Assembly: GCA_029262855.1 (NCBI GenBank)
Contig: JAJCYP010000010.1
Span: 2,108-66,107 of the forward strand
Source of the DNA: Bacteroidota bacterium
Lineage (GTDB): Bacteria; Bacteroidota; Rhodothermia; Rhodothermales; UBA10348
Direction: 5' to 3'
Length of the DNA stretch: 64,000 nt
Position 1 is the first letter of the stretch, and each line of letters begins with the position of its first letter. The position numbers were made by a program, and so were the translations under genes. Below the pieces are notes generated by a model. It did not search any database. It had not been told where the DNA came from and saw nothing but the letters and a program-made list of their open reading frames with translations. Shown in pieces: positions 1 through 9,186 of this stretch.

Positions 1-880
1 AAATGAGCCGCCAGGACTCGCCGCGGTCGTTGGAGCGATACAGGCCCTCTAGCTCCGGCGCGGCCTCCACCAGCGCGTAGACTCTGGCCGGGTCGGCCGG
101 CGTCACGGCCAGGTCAATCTTCCCGGTCGGCCCGTCCGGCAGGCCGGCACCCGTCATCTTCCAGGTGGTGCCGCCGTCCGTGGACTTGTAGATACCGTTC
201 TCGGTCTCCGACCCGCTGTCGATGGACCACGGGTAGCGGCGCGCCGTCCACATTGCCGCGTAGACCTCATCGGGATCGGACGGGTTCAGTTCCAGATCGA
301 TTGCGCCGGTGTTGTCCGACACGAATAACACCTTCTTCCAGGATTCGCCGCCGTCCACCGTCTTGTAGACGCCACGCTCTGCTCCCGGGCCGAACGGGCT
401 TCCGAAAGCCGCCACGTAGACCACTTCCGGATTCGTGGGATGGACAACCACTGCGGCCAACTGCCCTGCGTCACGAAGGCCGATGTGCTCCCACGTCTTC
501 CCGGCATCGGTCGATTTGTAGATGCCGCGTCCGATAATCACGTTGCTTCGGATACCGTCGGAGCCCGTTCCAACGTAGACCACGTCCGGGTTGCTGTCGG
601 CCACATCTATGGACCCGATGGAGCCGGTGTCGAAGAACCCGTCGGAGACGTTCCGCCAACTGGCTCCGTTGTCGGTGGTTTTCCAGACTCCTCCACCGGT
701 TGCGCCCATGTAGAATGTCTGTGGATGGGCGCGGTGGCCGGCCACGGCCGTCGCCCGTCCGCCCCGGCTGGGACCGACGTTTCGGAATTCCAGGGACTCA
801 AAGAGAGCGGCTTCCTGCGCCGAAGCGGAATCGGCAATGAGTAGGATGGAAACCAGGGCAGCTAAAAAGGGGCGGGACAT
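1..880 (-). CDS. Secreted BNR/VPS10-repeat beta-propeller protein (glycosyl hydrolase-like); 3' end runs off the window
   Basis: Hand-translated from ATG 880: MSRPFLAALVSILLIADSASAQ signal, then FRNVGPSRGGRATAVAG and repeated SxDxGxTW-type BNR boxes (KTTDNGASW, KSTDAGKTW, KTVDGGESW, KSTDGGTTW). Absent from the ORF track because there is no stop in the window. Confidence 0.85.
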   Translation of the reverse strand, partial: MSRPFLAALVSILLIADSASAQEAALFESLEFRNVGPSRGGRATAVAGHRAHPQTFYMGATGGGVWKTTDNGASWRNVSDGFFDTGSIGSIDVADSNPDVVYVGTGSDGIRSNVIIGRGIYKSTDAGKTWEHIGLRDAGQLAAVVVHPTNPEVVYVAAFGSPFGPGAERGVYKTVDGGESWKKVLFVSDNTGAIDLELNPSDPDEVYAAMWTARRYPWSIDSGSETENGIYKSTDGGTTWKMTGAGLPDGPTGKIDLAVTPADPARVYALVEAAPELEGLYRSNDRGESWRLI

Positions 881-1012
881 TGCGTAGTCGAAGAGTGAGG
901 GTTCCTCAATATCCGAGTGAGGTGGTGCCGAGACAACTGCAGGCTTCGATCGCTCCCCTACCCTTGCGCGCCGCGAGCGAGTACCTTTCCATCGAGACAA
1001 ACAGGCGGTCCG

Positions 1013-1666
1013 ATGAAGCGAGTTGGTGTTCTGGGGTCCGGTGTGGTCGGGACGGTCCTATCCAATGGATTCCTGAAGCACGGGTATAGCGTCCGGCGTG
1101 GCAGCCGAAGTCCTGAGAAGTTTGACGAATGGCTTGAGGCGGCGGGGCCTCATGCCTCCGGCGGCACCTTTGACGACGCAGCAGGCTTTGGCGATCTGGT
1201 GGTGCTGGCTGTGAACGGCACGTCCGCAATCGAGGTACTGGGGGCTCTGTCGCCTGGCGTCCTGGATGACAAGGTGGTCATCGACACCACCAATCCCGTG
1301 CTCGCCGAGGCCCCCGACAACGGCGTGATCCGGTACTCGAGTAACATCAATCATTCCCTCATGGAAACCCTGCAGGCTGCCCGTCCGGAGGCCCGTTTTG
1401 TGAAGGCCTTCTCGTGCGTGGGCAGCGCCTTCATGGTCAATCCCGATTTTCCCGGCGGACCGCCCACCATGTTCATTTGCGGCAACAGCGGAGCCGCCCG
1501 CGAGCAGGTTTCCCGCATCCTTCGCGAGTTCGGCTGGGAGGTCGAGGACGTGGGTTTGGCCGAATCGGCCCGGGGGATCGAGCCGCTTGCCATGCTGTAC
1601 TGCATCCCCGGCATTCGCGAGCATCGGTGGAATCACGCCTTCAAGCTTCTCAAGACGAATGACTGA
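1013..1666 (+). CDS. NADPH-dependent F420 reductase / F420_oxidored family dinucleotide-binding oxidoreductase
   Basis: MKRVGVLGSGVVG Rossmann motif, KVVIDTTNP, VKAFS, PTMFICGN; start trimmed from ORF 917. Confidence 0.85.
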   Translation: MKRVGVLGSGVVGTVLSNGFLKHGYSVRRGSRSPEKFDEWLEAAGPHASGGTFDDAAGFGDLVVLAVNGTSAIEVLGALSPGVLDDKVVIDTTNPVLAEAPDNGVIRYSSNINHSLMETLQAARPEARFVKAFSCVGSAFMVNPDFPGGPPTMFICGNSGAAREQVSRILREFGWEVEDVGLAESARGIEPLAMLYCIPGIREHRWNHAFKLLKTND

Positions 1667-1681
1667 TCGCTCTCTTCCGGG

Positions 1682-1777
1682 GACGTCATTCTTGTCACTG
1701 AGGCGGGGGTCGAGATTCTTTCGAGTCGATTGCCTCGCAGCCCGGAAGACCTCGAGCGGCTGGTCGGCCGGCAGTAG
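1682..1777 (+). pseudogene. C-terminal relic of an Xaa-Pro aminopeptidase (M24, PepP-like)
   Basis: Start-less frame DVILVTEAGVEILSSRLPRSPEDLERLVGRQ* resembles the aminopeptidase P C-terminus (RIEDDxLVTxxGxExLSxxLPRxxxEIE). Confidence 0.55.
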
Positions 1778-1845
1778 TGAAACTTTCGGTGGTATTTGTC
1801 GTGCTAATATTTTAGCATAACGACAACCACCTTCCCGCTACGGAC

Positions 1846-2724
1846 ATGCGAGCGCTCCCGATTGCCCTTCTGCTCTGCCTCGCCACTACCCCCGCAGTCC
1901 AGGCCCAGTCCCTTTCGGACGCCATCGCCGGACTGACCTCCGCTAACGCCGAGGTTCGTGCTCGCGCCGCTTGCACGCTGTCGCGATTTCGGACCGATGC
2001 ACAACCCGCAACATCAGCGCTGATTGCCAATCTTGGCGATGACACCGTCGTACCCCACGACGTCTGCCGGGAAATACTCGGACAGCGAGGGTACTATGGA
2101 TATGGTGATCCGCGGGGCACGACGCCGGCCAAGGAAGCAGCGCACGCCCTGGGACACATCGGGCCGAGCGCGCTCGCGCCGCTTCACGCCGCCCTGGGGA
2201 CAGCCGACGCAGCCATGCGACTGGGCGTCGTCCGCGCCCTTCGCGAACTGGAGGAGGCCGACTCGGTGCCCGTTCTTGCGAGTCTCCTCCCGCGCGAGAG
2301 CGTCGCCGAAATCAGGGCTGAAATCGCCGGTGCCCTCGGGGCAATTGAAGACCCGCGCGCGGTCCCCGCCCTGGGAGCGGCACTCGCTGATTCTGAGATC
2401 ATTGTTCGCGAGCAGGCCGCCTGGGCATTAGGCGCCATCGAGTCTCGCCAGGGCGTCGGCCACCTCATCACGGTGCTCTCGGATTCGAGCCCCCTGGTCC
2501 GCGAGAGGGCGGCCTGGGCGCTGGGATCCATCGAAGATCCGAGCGCCGTGGGGGCGCTCGTGGCCCTGCTCACGGACGTCGATCCAGCAGTCCGCGAGCG
2601 GGCGGCCTGGGCGCTGGGCTCGATTGGTGACGAGAAGGCTGTCGATGCACTGATTGCGCTTATGAGCGACCGCGACATCAAGGTCCGCCGGATGGCGACG
2701 TGGGCGCTCTCGGAGTTGGACTGA
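1846..2724 (+). CDS. Secreted HEAT/PBS-lyase repeat protein
   Basis: Signal peptide (MRALPIALLLCLATTPAVQA) and tandem ~31-aa repeats of type LxDxxPxVRERAAWALGSI. Confidence 0.9.
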   Translation: MRALPIALLLCLATTPAVQAQSLSDAIAGLTSANAEVRARAACTLSRFRTDAQPATSALIANLGDDTVVPHDVCREILGQRGYYGYGDPRGTTPAKEAAHALGHIGPSALAPLHAALGTADAAMRLGVVRALRELEEADSVPVLASLLPRESVAEIRAEIAGALGAIEDPRAVPALGAALADSEIIVREQAAWALGAIESRQGVGHLITVLSDSSPLVRERAAWALGSIEDPSAVGALVALLTDVDPAVRERAAWALGSIGDEKAVDALIALMSDRDIKVRRMATWALSELD

Positions 2725-2747
2725 CTGCGGAGCGGCCGCGCCCCTCG

Positions 2748-4070
2748 TCAGTCGATCAGCCGGACCAGCCCGTCATCGACCTTCCGCATGAGCCGCTCGG
2801 CCAGCCGATCTGAGAGGGCAATCATGAGACCTCGCTCCTGTTCCTGCCACTCGGCCGGATCGAAGAGCAGCCGCTCGCTGCCGGTCAGATCCAGCGTCTC
2901 CCAGTTTCCGGGGTATGCGGCTCGCTCCACCCGCTGCTTCGCTTCCGCGTCGACGGACCCGTCGAGGACAAAGTCTCCCGTCACGAGATCGTAGGCCCGG
3001 TACTCCAGGACGCCTTTGATGGTGATGTCGATCTGTTGCCAGGTGTACGTCGTGTCCACGCCACCCCGCCCGCGGGTCCGCGTCTTGCGCCCCCGATCCC
3101 GACGGACGCGGTCCGTCCTTGAAAACGAGACCAGTTCGCCGCCCAGCACATAGTCGGCGTTGACCTGCTCGCCGAGCTCGCGGAAATCCGCGCGTCCCAT
3201 CGGCCTGCCGCCAAGACCCATCGCCCGCGCAACCCGCCTGGTCTGGCCAGGATCAAGAAGCGCGATGAACTCAGACTGCCGTCCCGTCTCACCGAAGGCA
3301 ATGGCATCATTGATGTCGGCAGCCAGATCTGGGGAGGCTCCCCTTCGCCACTGGTCAGTCGGCACGAATGGGACCAGGGCCAGCCCTCGGATTCCCTCCT
3401 CCAGCGCCTGATCTGCCAGTTCGCGGGCGGCGATTTCGTAGTCGTCGTCGTAGGGATCGAGTACCTCGACGGCGCGAAGTGCGGTGTCATAGCCCGACTT
3501 GAACCGGCCCAACTCCATGTCGGCCCGGGCGAGATTCAGCAGGACCTCGGCCACGCGATGGTCCAGCTCGCTTTGCCCGTTTTCCGGCACATCGGATCGA
3601 TCCCGGACGCGGGTCAGCACGGCGAGAGCCGCCTCAAGGTCGCCCGCCGCTGCCAATTCCTCGGCCCGCCGGAGGGCGCTGTCGACGGCCGCAACCAGGT
3701 AGAACCGGCGCCGTTCCTCAAAGTCGTCGGGCATGGTGAGGTCAACCCCAACGTCGGCGGCACCGGAGTGGATGGCCATCATGCGATCCAGCTCGCGGAT
3801 TGCCAGTTCAAACGCCCCGGTTGACTCGAGATCGGCGGCCGTATCCCAGAGGTACGCGAGTGCGCGGGCCCCGACCGTCTGCAGCCGCTCCCGAGCGTCC
3901 TCGTAGTCGCGGTCCGAGTCCAACACGCGGATGTAGGCTTCGGCGGCCTGGACGAATTCTCCGGCCTCCTCCTTCTTCAGGGCCTGCTCATAGCGTTTCC
4001 CTGTGGTCACACACCCACTGACCAGGACGGCAAACAAGAGGAGGAAGACTGCTCGTGAGGACTTGGACAT
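2748..4070 (-). CDS. Lipoprotein with TPR-like helical region and C-terminal CsgG/LpoB-like alpha/beta domain
   Basis: Lipobox LVSGC; helical repeats (YEQALKKEEAGEFVQAAEAY); C-terminal GLALVPF...VNADYVLGGELVSF. Confidence 0.6.
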   Translation of the reverse strand: MSKSSRAVFLLLFAVLVSGCVTTGKRYEQALKKEEAGEFVQAAEAYIRVLDSDRDYEDARERLQTVGARALAYLWDTAADLESTGAFELAIRELDRMMAIHSGAADVGVDLTMPDDFEERRRFYLVAAVDSALRRAEELAAAGDLEAALAVLTRVRDRSDVPENGQSELDHRVAEVLLNLARADMELGRFKSGYDTALRAVEVLDPYDDDYEIAARELADQALEEGIRGLALVPFVPTDQWRRGASPDLAADINDAIAFGETGRQSEFIALLDPGQTRRVARAMGLGGRPMGRADFRELGEQVNADYVLGGELVSFSRTDRVRRDRGRKTRTRGRGGVDTTYTWQQIDITIKGVLEYRAYDLVTGDFVLDGSVDAEAKQRVERAAYPGNWETLDLTGSERLLFDPAEWQEQERGLMIALSDRLAERLMRKVDDGLVRLID

Positions 4071-4281
4071 TCGATAACTGGTTGGTTCAGATGCTGGCCC
4101 AGGCCGCCGACCGCACAGACAGGTCCTGCATCACTTCGGTGCGCTCGCGCCCGGCCACCGATTTGCTTACACTCGTTGAAATGCAGCCGTCCATCGGAGC
4201 CGTGGGCCAGGCCCACATGAAGGAAAGCCAGATCGTCCAGGCTCATGGGGGGCAAACTTGGTTGCGAAAATATACAGTGCC

Positions 4282-5958
4282 ATGACTCGATCTGCCTACT
4301 CCATCACTCTGGCTGGGCTTCTGACCCTGATGGGATCCCTCTCGATCAGCGGCTGCCAGCCCGCCCCCGCGGATCCGCCGAACATCCTGTTCATTTTCTC
4401 GGACGATCACGCCCGCCAGGCGGTGTCGGCCTATGGCTCGGCGATCAACCGGACGCCCAACATCGACCGGCTGGCCGAGGGAGGGCTTCTGTTCACCAAT
4501 TGCCTGGTGACCAATTCCATCTGCGCCCCGTCGCGGGCCACCGTGCTGACGGGCAAGTACTCCCACGCGAACGGCCAGATCACGAACGGGGAGCGGTTTG
4601 ACGGCAGGCAGATGACGTTTCCGAAGCTGCTCCAGAATGCCGGCTACCAGACTGCCATGATCGGCAAGTGGCATCTCAAGAGCGCCCCGACCGGGTTCGA
4701 TCACTGGCAGGTACTCATCGGCCAGGGTCCGTATTACAACCCGCCCATCCGGACGGCGACCGACACCACCATTGTCGAAGGCTACACATCGGAAATCCTG
4801 ACCGACCTCGCTCTGGACTGGCTGGGTGAGCGAGACGGGGAGAAGCCGTTCCTGCTCATGTACCAGCACAAGGCACCCCATCGGAACTGGCAGCCTGCAC
4901 CCGAACACATGGACGACTATGTGGACGAAGACATCCCGATGCCTGCCTCGTTCTACGACGACTACGAAGGCGGGCGAACCCGCGCGGCCCGCGAGGCTGT
5001 GATGAGTGTCGCCGACAACCTGACCATCGACGACCTCAAGATCAGACCCCCCGGAAACCTCACCGAGGCCCAGCGCGCCAGGTGGGACGAGTCGTACGGG
5101 TCCCGAAATGAGGAGGTGCGGGCGGCCAACCTGTCAGGCGATGAACTCGTCAACTGGAAGTACCAGCGGTACGTCAAGGACTACCTGCGCAGCGTGCAGT
5201 CTCTGGACGACAACATTGGCCGCGTGCTGGACTACCTGGAGGAGACTGGCCTGGCCGAGAACACCATCGTGATCTATGCCTCCGATCAGGGCTGGTACCT
5301 GGGCGAGCATGGGTGGTACGACAAGCGCTGGATGTATGAGCCTTCGCTGCGCACCCCGTTCATTGCGCGGTGGCCGGGTAGAATTCCTGCGGGCTCTGTG
5401 TCCGACGCCCTGGTGTCCAATGTGGATTTCGCCCCGACCTTTCTGGCCGCCGCGGGTGCACCGATCCCGGACGAGATGCAGGGCCGGAGCCTCATTCCGG
5501 TCTTCGACGCGGCTGAAGCCAGCGGGCGGCCAGCCAACCTTGCCGCAATGCAGTTGATTGAGGCCACACGCCCCGGTGCCCCCGTCCCGACGTTCGAGAC
5601 GCCGCCGGATCCAATCGCCACCTTCACAACCCCGAGTGGATGGCGCGGCAGTTTCTACTACCACTACTACGAATTCCCCGGATGGCACTGCGTGCGTCGC
5701 CACTACGGCGTCCGGACTGATCGGTACAAGCTGATCCACTTCTACACGCTGGATGAGTGGGAGCTGTTTGACCTGGCCGTGGACCCCGACGAGCGCACCA
5801 ACCAATATCACAATCCGGACTTTCTGGACACCAGAAACGAACTCACGGCAGAATTGGAGCGACTGCGACAGGAATTGGACGTACCCGATGATGTCCGTCC
5901 TGACGGCGAAGCCGAGTGCTCTGTTGGCGGCGTTGGCTGGGCTGGATACAATGATTAG
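4282..5958 (+). CDS. Sulfatase (formylglycine-dependent S1 family), lipoprotein
   Basis: CAPSRATVLTGKYSH (CxPxR), FSDDH, GKWH, HKAPH, SDQG motifs; lipobox ISGC. Confidence 0.95.
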   Translation: MTRSAYSITLAGLLTLMGSLSISGCQPAPADPPNILFIFSDDHARQAVSAYGSAINRTPNIDRLAEGGLLFTNCLVTNSICAPSRATVLTGKYSHANGQITNGERFDGRQMTFPKLLQNAGYQTAMIGKWHLKSAPTGFDHWQVLIGQGPYYNPPIRTATDTTIVEGYTSEILTDLALDWLGERDGEKPFLLMYQHKAPHRNWQPAPEHMDDYVDEDIPMPASFYDDYEGGRTRAAREAVMSVADNLTIDDLKIRPPGNLTEAQRARWDESYGSRNEEVRAANLSGDELVNWKYQRYVKDYLRSVQSLDDNIGRVLDYLEETGLAENTIVIYASDQGWYLGEHGWYDKRWMYEPSLRTPFIARWPGRIPAGSVSDALVSNVDFAPTFLAAAGAPIPDEMQGRSLIPVFDAAEASGRPANLAAMQLIEATRPGAPVPTFETPPDPIATFTTPSGWRGSFYYHYYEFPGWHCVRRHYGVRTDRYKLIHFYTLDEWELFDLAVDPDERTNQYHNPDFLDTRNELTAELERLRQELDVPDDVRPDGEAECSVGGVGWAGYND

Positions 5959-5975
5959 TACTGACACCCGAATGC

Positions 5976-7760
5976 ATGAAGGGTCTGGTGACCCTATTTG
6001 TCCTCCTGTGCTTCACTGTCGTGGACAGTGTCGGCCAGATTGCTGTGACTGACCGTTTCGGGCGGGATCTTTCGGCCAAGGCGATTCGATTGGTGGACTG
6101 GGAAGGCTACATCGCCAACCCGGCCATCGAGTTTACGGTAGACATTCCCGATGCCTGGAAGCCCGCCGTTGCGGTTATCACGGGCAGCAACGCACGCCTT
6201 CACTTTGCGGACCGCGCGCTGACACGATCTGAGCCGGCGACCGTAAGCAGCACCGGGCCAGGACTGACGCTGAACATTCCCTCTGGTGGGGTCGCAGCTC
6301 CGGTTGTGATGGCCATCTGGCCGGACCGGGACACCAAGGACGAGGCGCACTCGCTACGTATCCGCGTCTACACGGCCACATCGGGACAGAAGAACATCGT
6401 GATCCCGATTCTGGTGGACGACCAGGATCGCGACAGACCGATGGACTTCAACGTCATCCTGGAGACCGGCTTCGATGCCACGAGTTTCTACACGAATCCG
6501 CGCGTCCTTGAGGAGACCCGCAGGGCCGCCGACGATTGGGCCTACTTCCTGAGCGACAACAAGGTGGACGAAACCATCCGGGGGGCGAGTCGCAGTTGGA
6601 TCTGGAATCAGGATGGCTTCCTCTCCGGCTATTGGGTGACGAATCCCGTGGCCTATCGCGGATTCCTGCTCTATGCCTGGGGCATGCGAAGTATCGGGCT
6701 CTATTCCGGCGGGGCAGCAACCGGTGCCTATCAGACGGTCGACGGCTGGCCGATTGGTCTCCTCTCCGCGGGCCACGTGGCCATGGACATTCGTGGTAAC
6801 CGCAATGTCCTTGGGTGGGCATTCTATGGCAGCGAGGATGACTGGTGGCGCAACGACAATCACCCACGGGGCTCGGCCGACTTCTACTCGATCGTGCATC
6901 ATCAGATTGCCCACGCGCTGTTCTTCAGCCGAGGCCACCTGAAGTGGGATCAACTCAAAGCCACTGGAGGGTCGACGGCCGTTGATATCGTGGGCTACCT
7001 CGGCTTCCCAATCGTGGTTGACGGGTACGACCACCTGTATGATGGTGGCAATGAGAAGGCCATCGTAGACCCGGCGAGTCGGCGGGGGGTCTTCGGATCC
7101 GAAGCGGCCAAGGGCGAAGGCATCATGGCTCCCTACCGCTGGATTCCCACCAAGACAGACCTGCTCATGGCGCGGGAAGTAGGCTATGAATTGAGGGATA
7201 CGACACCCTTTATGGACATTGAACTGGCCGCAGAGGTTACGCTGATATCGAATGGCAGCGAGTATTCGGCAGCGGCTGTCACTGGCGGCGTCCCGGACTA
7301 CAAGGCCGAGATCATCCGTGGTGCACTTCCGGCGGGTTTGCGGCTCGATGGGTTTACGGGCGTGATTCATGGCAGACCCGCCAGCGGGTCCAGCAGCGTG
7401 ACCATCCGCGCCGAGGACCAAATGGGAGATGTCGTGGAGCAGGAGGTCTTTGTCAACGTGGCGAGCACGCTCGCTTTGCAACCTGCCACTGAAACGCCCT
7501 CCGGGATGCGCCTTTCGAATTACCCGAACCCCGTCGCAACCGCCACGCTGTTCGCCTTCGACGTGGCGCATTCGGGGCCGGTCAGCCTCGACGTTTTTGA
7601 CCTCCAGGGCCGCCGGGTGGACCAGGTCTTCGCGCGGTCTGCGGCGCCGGGACCGCATCAAGTTGCCTGGAGTGCCGATGGCCTTGCTGCCGGCATTTAC
7701 GTGGCCCGACTGACTACATCCCGGGATGTGCAGTCCATTCGATTGGCGGTGGTGCGATAG
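5976..7760 (+). CDS. T9SS cargo protein with zincin-like domain (HQxxH), putative Ig-like domain and C-terminal sorting domain
   Basis: Signal peptide; SIVHHQIAHALFF; GALPAGLRLDGFTGVIHGRP (He_PIG-like); C-terminal NYPNP...VFDLQGRRV...LAAGIYVARL. Confidence 0.8.
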   Translation: MKGLVTLFVLLCFTVVDSVGQIAVTDRFGRDLSAKAIRLVDWEGYIANPAIEFTVDIPDAWKPAVAVITGSNARLHFADRALTRSEPATVSSTGPGLTLNIPSGGVAAPVVMAIWPDRDTKDEAHSLRIRVYTATSGQKNIVIPILVDDQDRDRPMDFNVILETGFDATSFYTNPRVLEETRRAADDWAYFLSDNKVDETIRGASRSWIWNQDGFLSGYWVTNPVAYRGFLLYAWGMRSIGLYSGGAATGAYQTVDGWPIGLLSAGHVAMDIRGNRNVLGWAFYGSEDDWWRNDNHPRGSADFYSIVHHQIAHALFFSRGHLKWDQLKATGGSTAVDIVGYLGFPIVVDGYDHLYDGGNEKAIVDPASRRGVFGSEAAKGEGIMAPYRWIPTKTDLLMAREVGYELRDTTPFMDIELAAEVTLISNGSEYSAAAVTGGVPDYKAEIIRGALPAGLRLDGFTGVIHGRPASGSSSVTIRAEDQMGDVVEQEVFVNVASTLALQPATETPSGMRLSNYPNPVATATLFAFDVAHSGPVSLDVFDLQGRRVDQVFARSAAPGPHQVAWSADGLAAGIYVARLTTSRDVQSIRLAVVR

Positions 7761-7785
7761 GGTTGGACCGATTAGATTCGGACCC

Positions 7786-8457
7786 ATGAGGTTTACCCTT
7801 TTCAAGCGATCCCTGACGTCGGCGATGCTGGTGCTCGCCCTCGGCGGCTGTGCTGAAGACCCATGCTCGGGATTAATGACCTCAGCCCGGGTCGGTGATG
7901 GCACTGCCTCTCTCGGTTTTCGCGTCGTCGAGGAAGACGGGATGGGCACCACCGGATCCCGTCGTCTGCGCTGCGCCGATGTCCTCGTGCTGAACCCGGA
8001 ATCGTACTCGGATACCCTCGCGTTCGGCCGGTTTGCGACAAACGAGGATCGGATTACGCTCACCGGGCTTTCCGCCGGACCCGCCGATGTGATTATCGAT
8101 GTGCCCGGATACTTCCCTGCCAAGTTTGTCGACGTCGACTTGGGGATTGGGATGACCAGCCTGCCGGAAAAGGTGCTGATGTTCAAATCCAGCGTGGCCG
8201 TTGCCCTGCCCGGGCATCTGGGGCTCACCCTCAGGGAATCAGCACGACTGCCCGATATCCGCGATCTCTACAGCCCGTTTGGCCGCGTGAGGGTGAGGGC
8301 GGCTCCGGGTGGGCATTTTGAGATCAAGCTCCCGTTTCGCGGTGCGAAGAGTACCAGACGTGACGTGGAGTCGCTGCTCGGACGCCTCGTCCGGTCTCCT
8401 CACGTAGAGACCGCGCGCCCCTTGGTGACCCTTTCAGCGGTGCTCCGGAGCGGCTGA
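7786..8457 (+). CDS. Hypothetical lipoprotein
   Basis: MRFTLFKRSLTSAMLVLALGGC lipobox; follows the T9SS gene after 25 bp. Confidence 0.6.
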   Translation: MRFTLFKRSLTSAMLVLALGGCAEDPCSGLMTSARVGDGTASLGFRVVEEDGMGTTGSRRLRCADVLVLNPESYSDTLAFGRFATNEDRITLTGLSAGPADVIIDVPGYFPAKFVDVDLGIGMTSLPEKVLMFKSSVAVALPGHLGLTLRESARLPDIRDLYSPFGRVRVRAAPGGHFEIKLPFRGAKSTRRDVESLLGRLVRSPHVETARPLVTLSAVLRSG

Positions 8458-8514
8458 TTCACCGAAGAGATCGTTAAGAGCGCCCTGGGCGCTTCCGGCC
8501 GGGATCTAACGTGC

Positions 8515-8522
8515 TATCTTTG
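8515..8522 (+). promoter_or_regulatory. Candidate Bacteroidota-type -7 promoter element (TATCTTTG) for tRNA-Leu
   Basis: Matches TAnnTTTG about 60 bp upstream of the tRNA; no clear -33 element seen. Confidence 0.5.
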
Positions 8523-8526
8523 CGGT

Positions 8527-8566
8527 TCTGCGCCGACGCGGGTCAATCTGCGTCGACGCGGGTCAA
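8527..8566 (+). repeat. Tandem 20-bp direct repeat (2 copies, 1 mismatch)
   Basis: TCTGCGCCGACGCGGGTCAA followed by TCTGCGTCGACGCGGGTCAA. Confidence 0.9.
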
Positions 8567-8583
8567 ACCGTGTGGCCCACCCT

Positions 8584-8670
8584 GCCCGGGTGGCGAAATT
8601 GGTAGACGCGCCGTCTTGAGGGGGCGGTGACCGCAAGGTCGTGCTGGTTCGACTCCAGTCCCGGGCACCA
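8584..8670 (+). tRNA. tRNA-Leu (anticodon GAG), CCA encoded
   Basis: Acceptor stem GCCCGGG/CCCGGGC, D-arm TGGCGAAATTGGTAGAC, anticodon stem CCGTC/GGCGG with loop TTGAGGG, long variable arm, GGTTCGACTCC T-arm. Confidence 0.97.
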
Positions 8671-8680
8671 GGTTATCCGT

Positions 8681-8718
8681 AAAGCCGTTGTAGGTCTTGG
8701 ACCTGCAGCGGCTTTTTT
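8681..8718 (+). terminator. Rho-independent terminator after tRNA-Leu
   Basis: AAAGCCGTTGTAGGT-cttgg-ACCTGCAGCGGCTTT hairpin ending in a T run. Confidence 0.85.
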
Positions 8719-8752
8719 GTGTTCAGGCGACTTCGGCACCCCACCCATACCC

Positions 8753-9127
8753 ATGTTCTCCAAAGACTACCTCGTTCGCCAACTCCAGCAGTTCGTCCAG
8801 GCCCTCGCGATGGTCATCCTGAACAAGCAGCAGGGACAGCGGGACCTCGCTCAGAATCTCATACACAATACCATGATGGATCTGCTGGGCGTTTCGTTGA
8901 CTGACGTTCGCGCACTGGATGGTGAGGCGATGCTTGGGCTGGTGACTTTCGACGGAGTGCTTCGGCAGGATGTCGCCATCGCGGCAGCGGATCTACTGGC
9001 AGAGGACTACAGCCCAGACGGGCGACTCCGGGCCGCGTGGCTCTATGAGGCTGTCCTTAGATCGGGAGGAACGGTCCCGCATGATGTCCACGATAGGATC
9101 GCTGAGCTGAAGGCAGGAGAGGGCTGA
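8753..9127 (+). CDS. Hypothetical helical protein (DUF6483-like)
   Basis: MFSKDYLVRQLQQFVQALAMVIL N-terminus resembles DUF6483 as recalled; start trimmed from an ORF that overlaps the tRNA. Confidence 0.55.
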   Translation: MFSKDYLVRQLQQFVQALAMVILNKQQGQRDLAQNLIHNTMMDLLGVSLTDVRALDGEAMLGLVTFDGVLRQDVAIAAADLLAEDYSPDGRLRAAWLYEAVLRSGGTVPHDVHDRIAELKAGEG

Positions 9128-9186
9128 GCACACTCGCCCCGAAGCCACTGTGGATCACCTCGCTCTCCGGTCTCCCGCCCCGGACC

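Noticed and set aside
4055-4285. 76-aa ORF between the divergent lipoprotein and sulfatase genes
   Set aside because: It occupies the shared promoter region, overlaps both starts and has no motifs.
6354-8228. 624-aa minus-strand ORF, and many similar long antisense ORFs (e.g. 33198..34568, 39405..40646, 59215..60246)
   Set aside because: Shadows of well-supported genes on the opposite strand, expected in high-GC DNA; no recognisable motifs.
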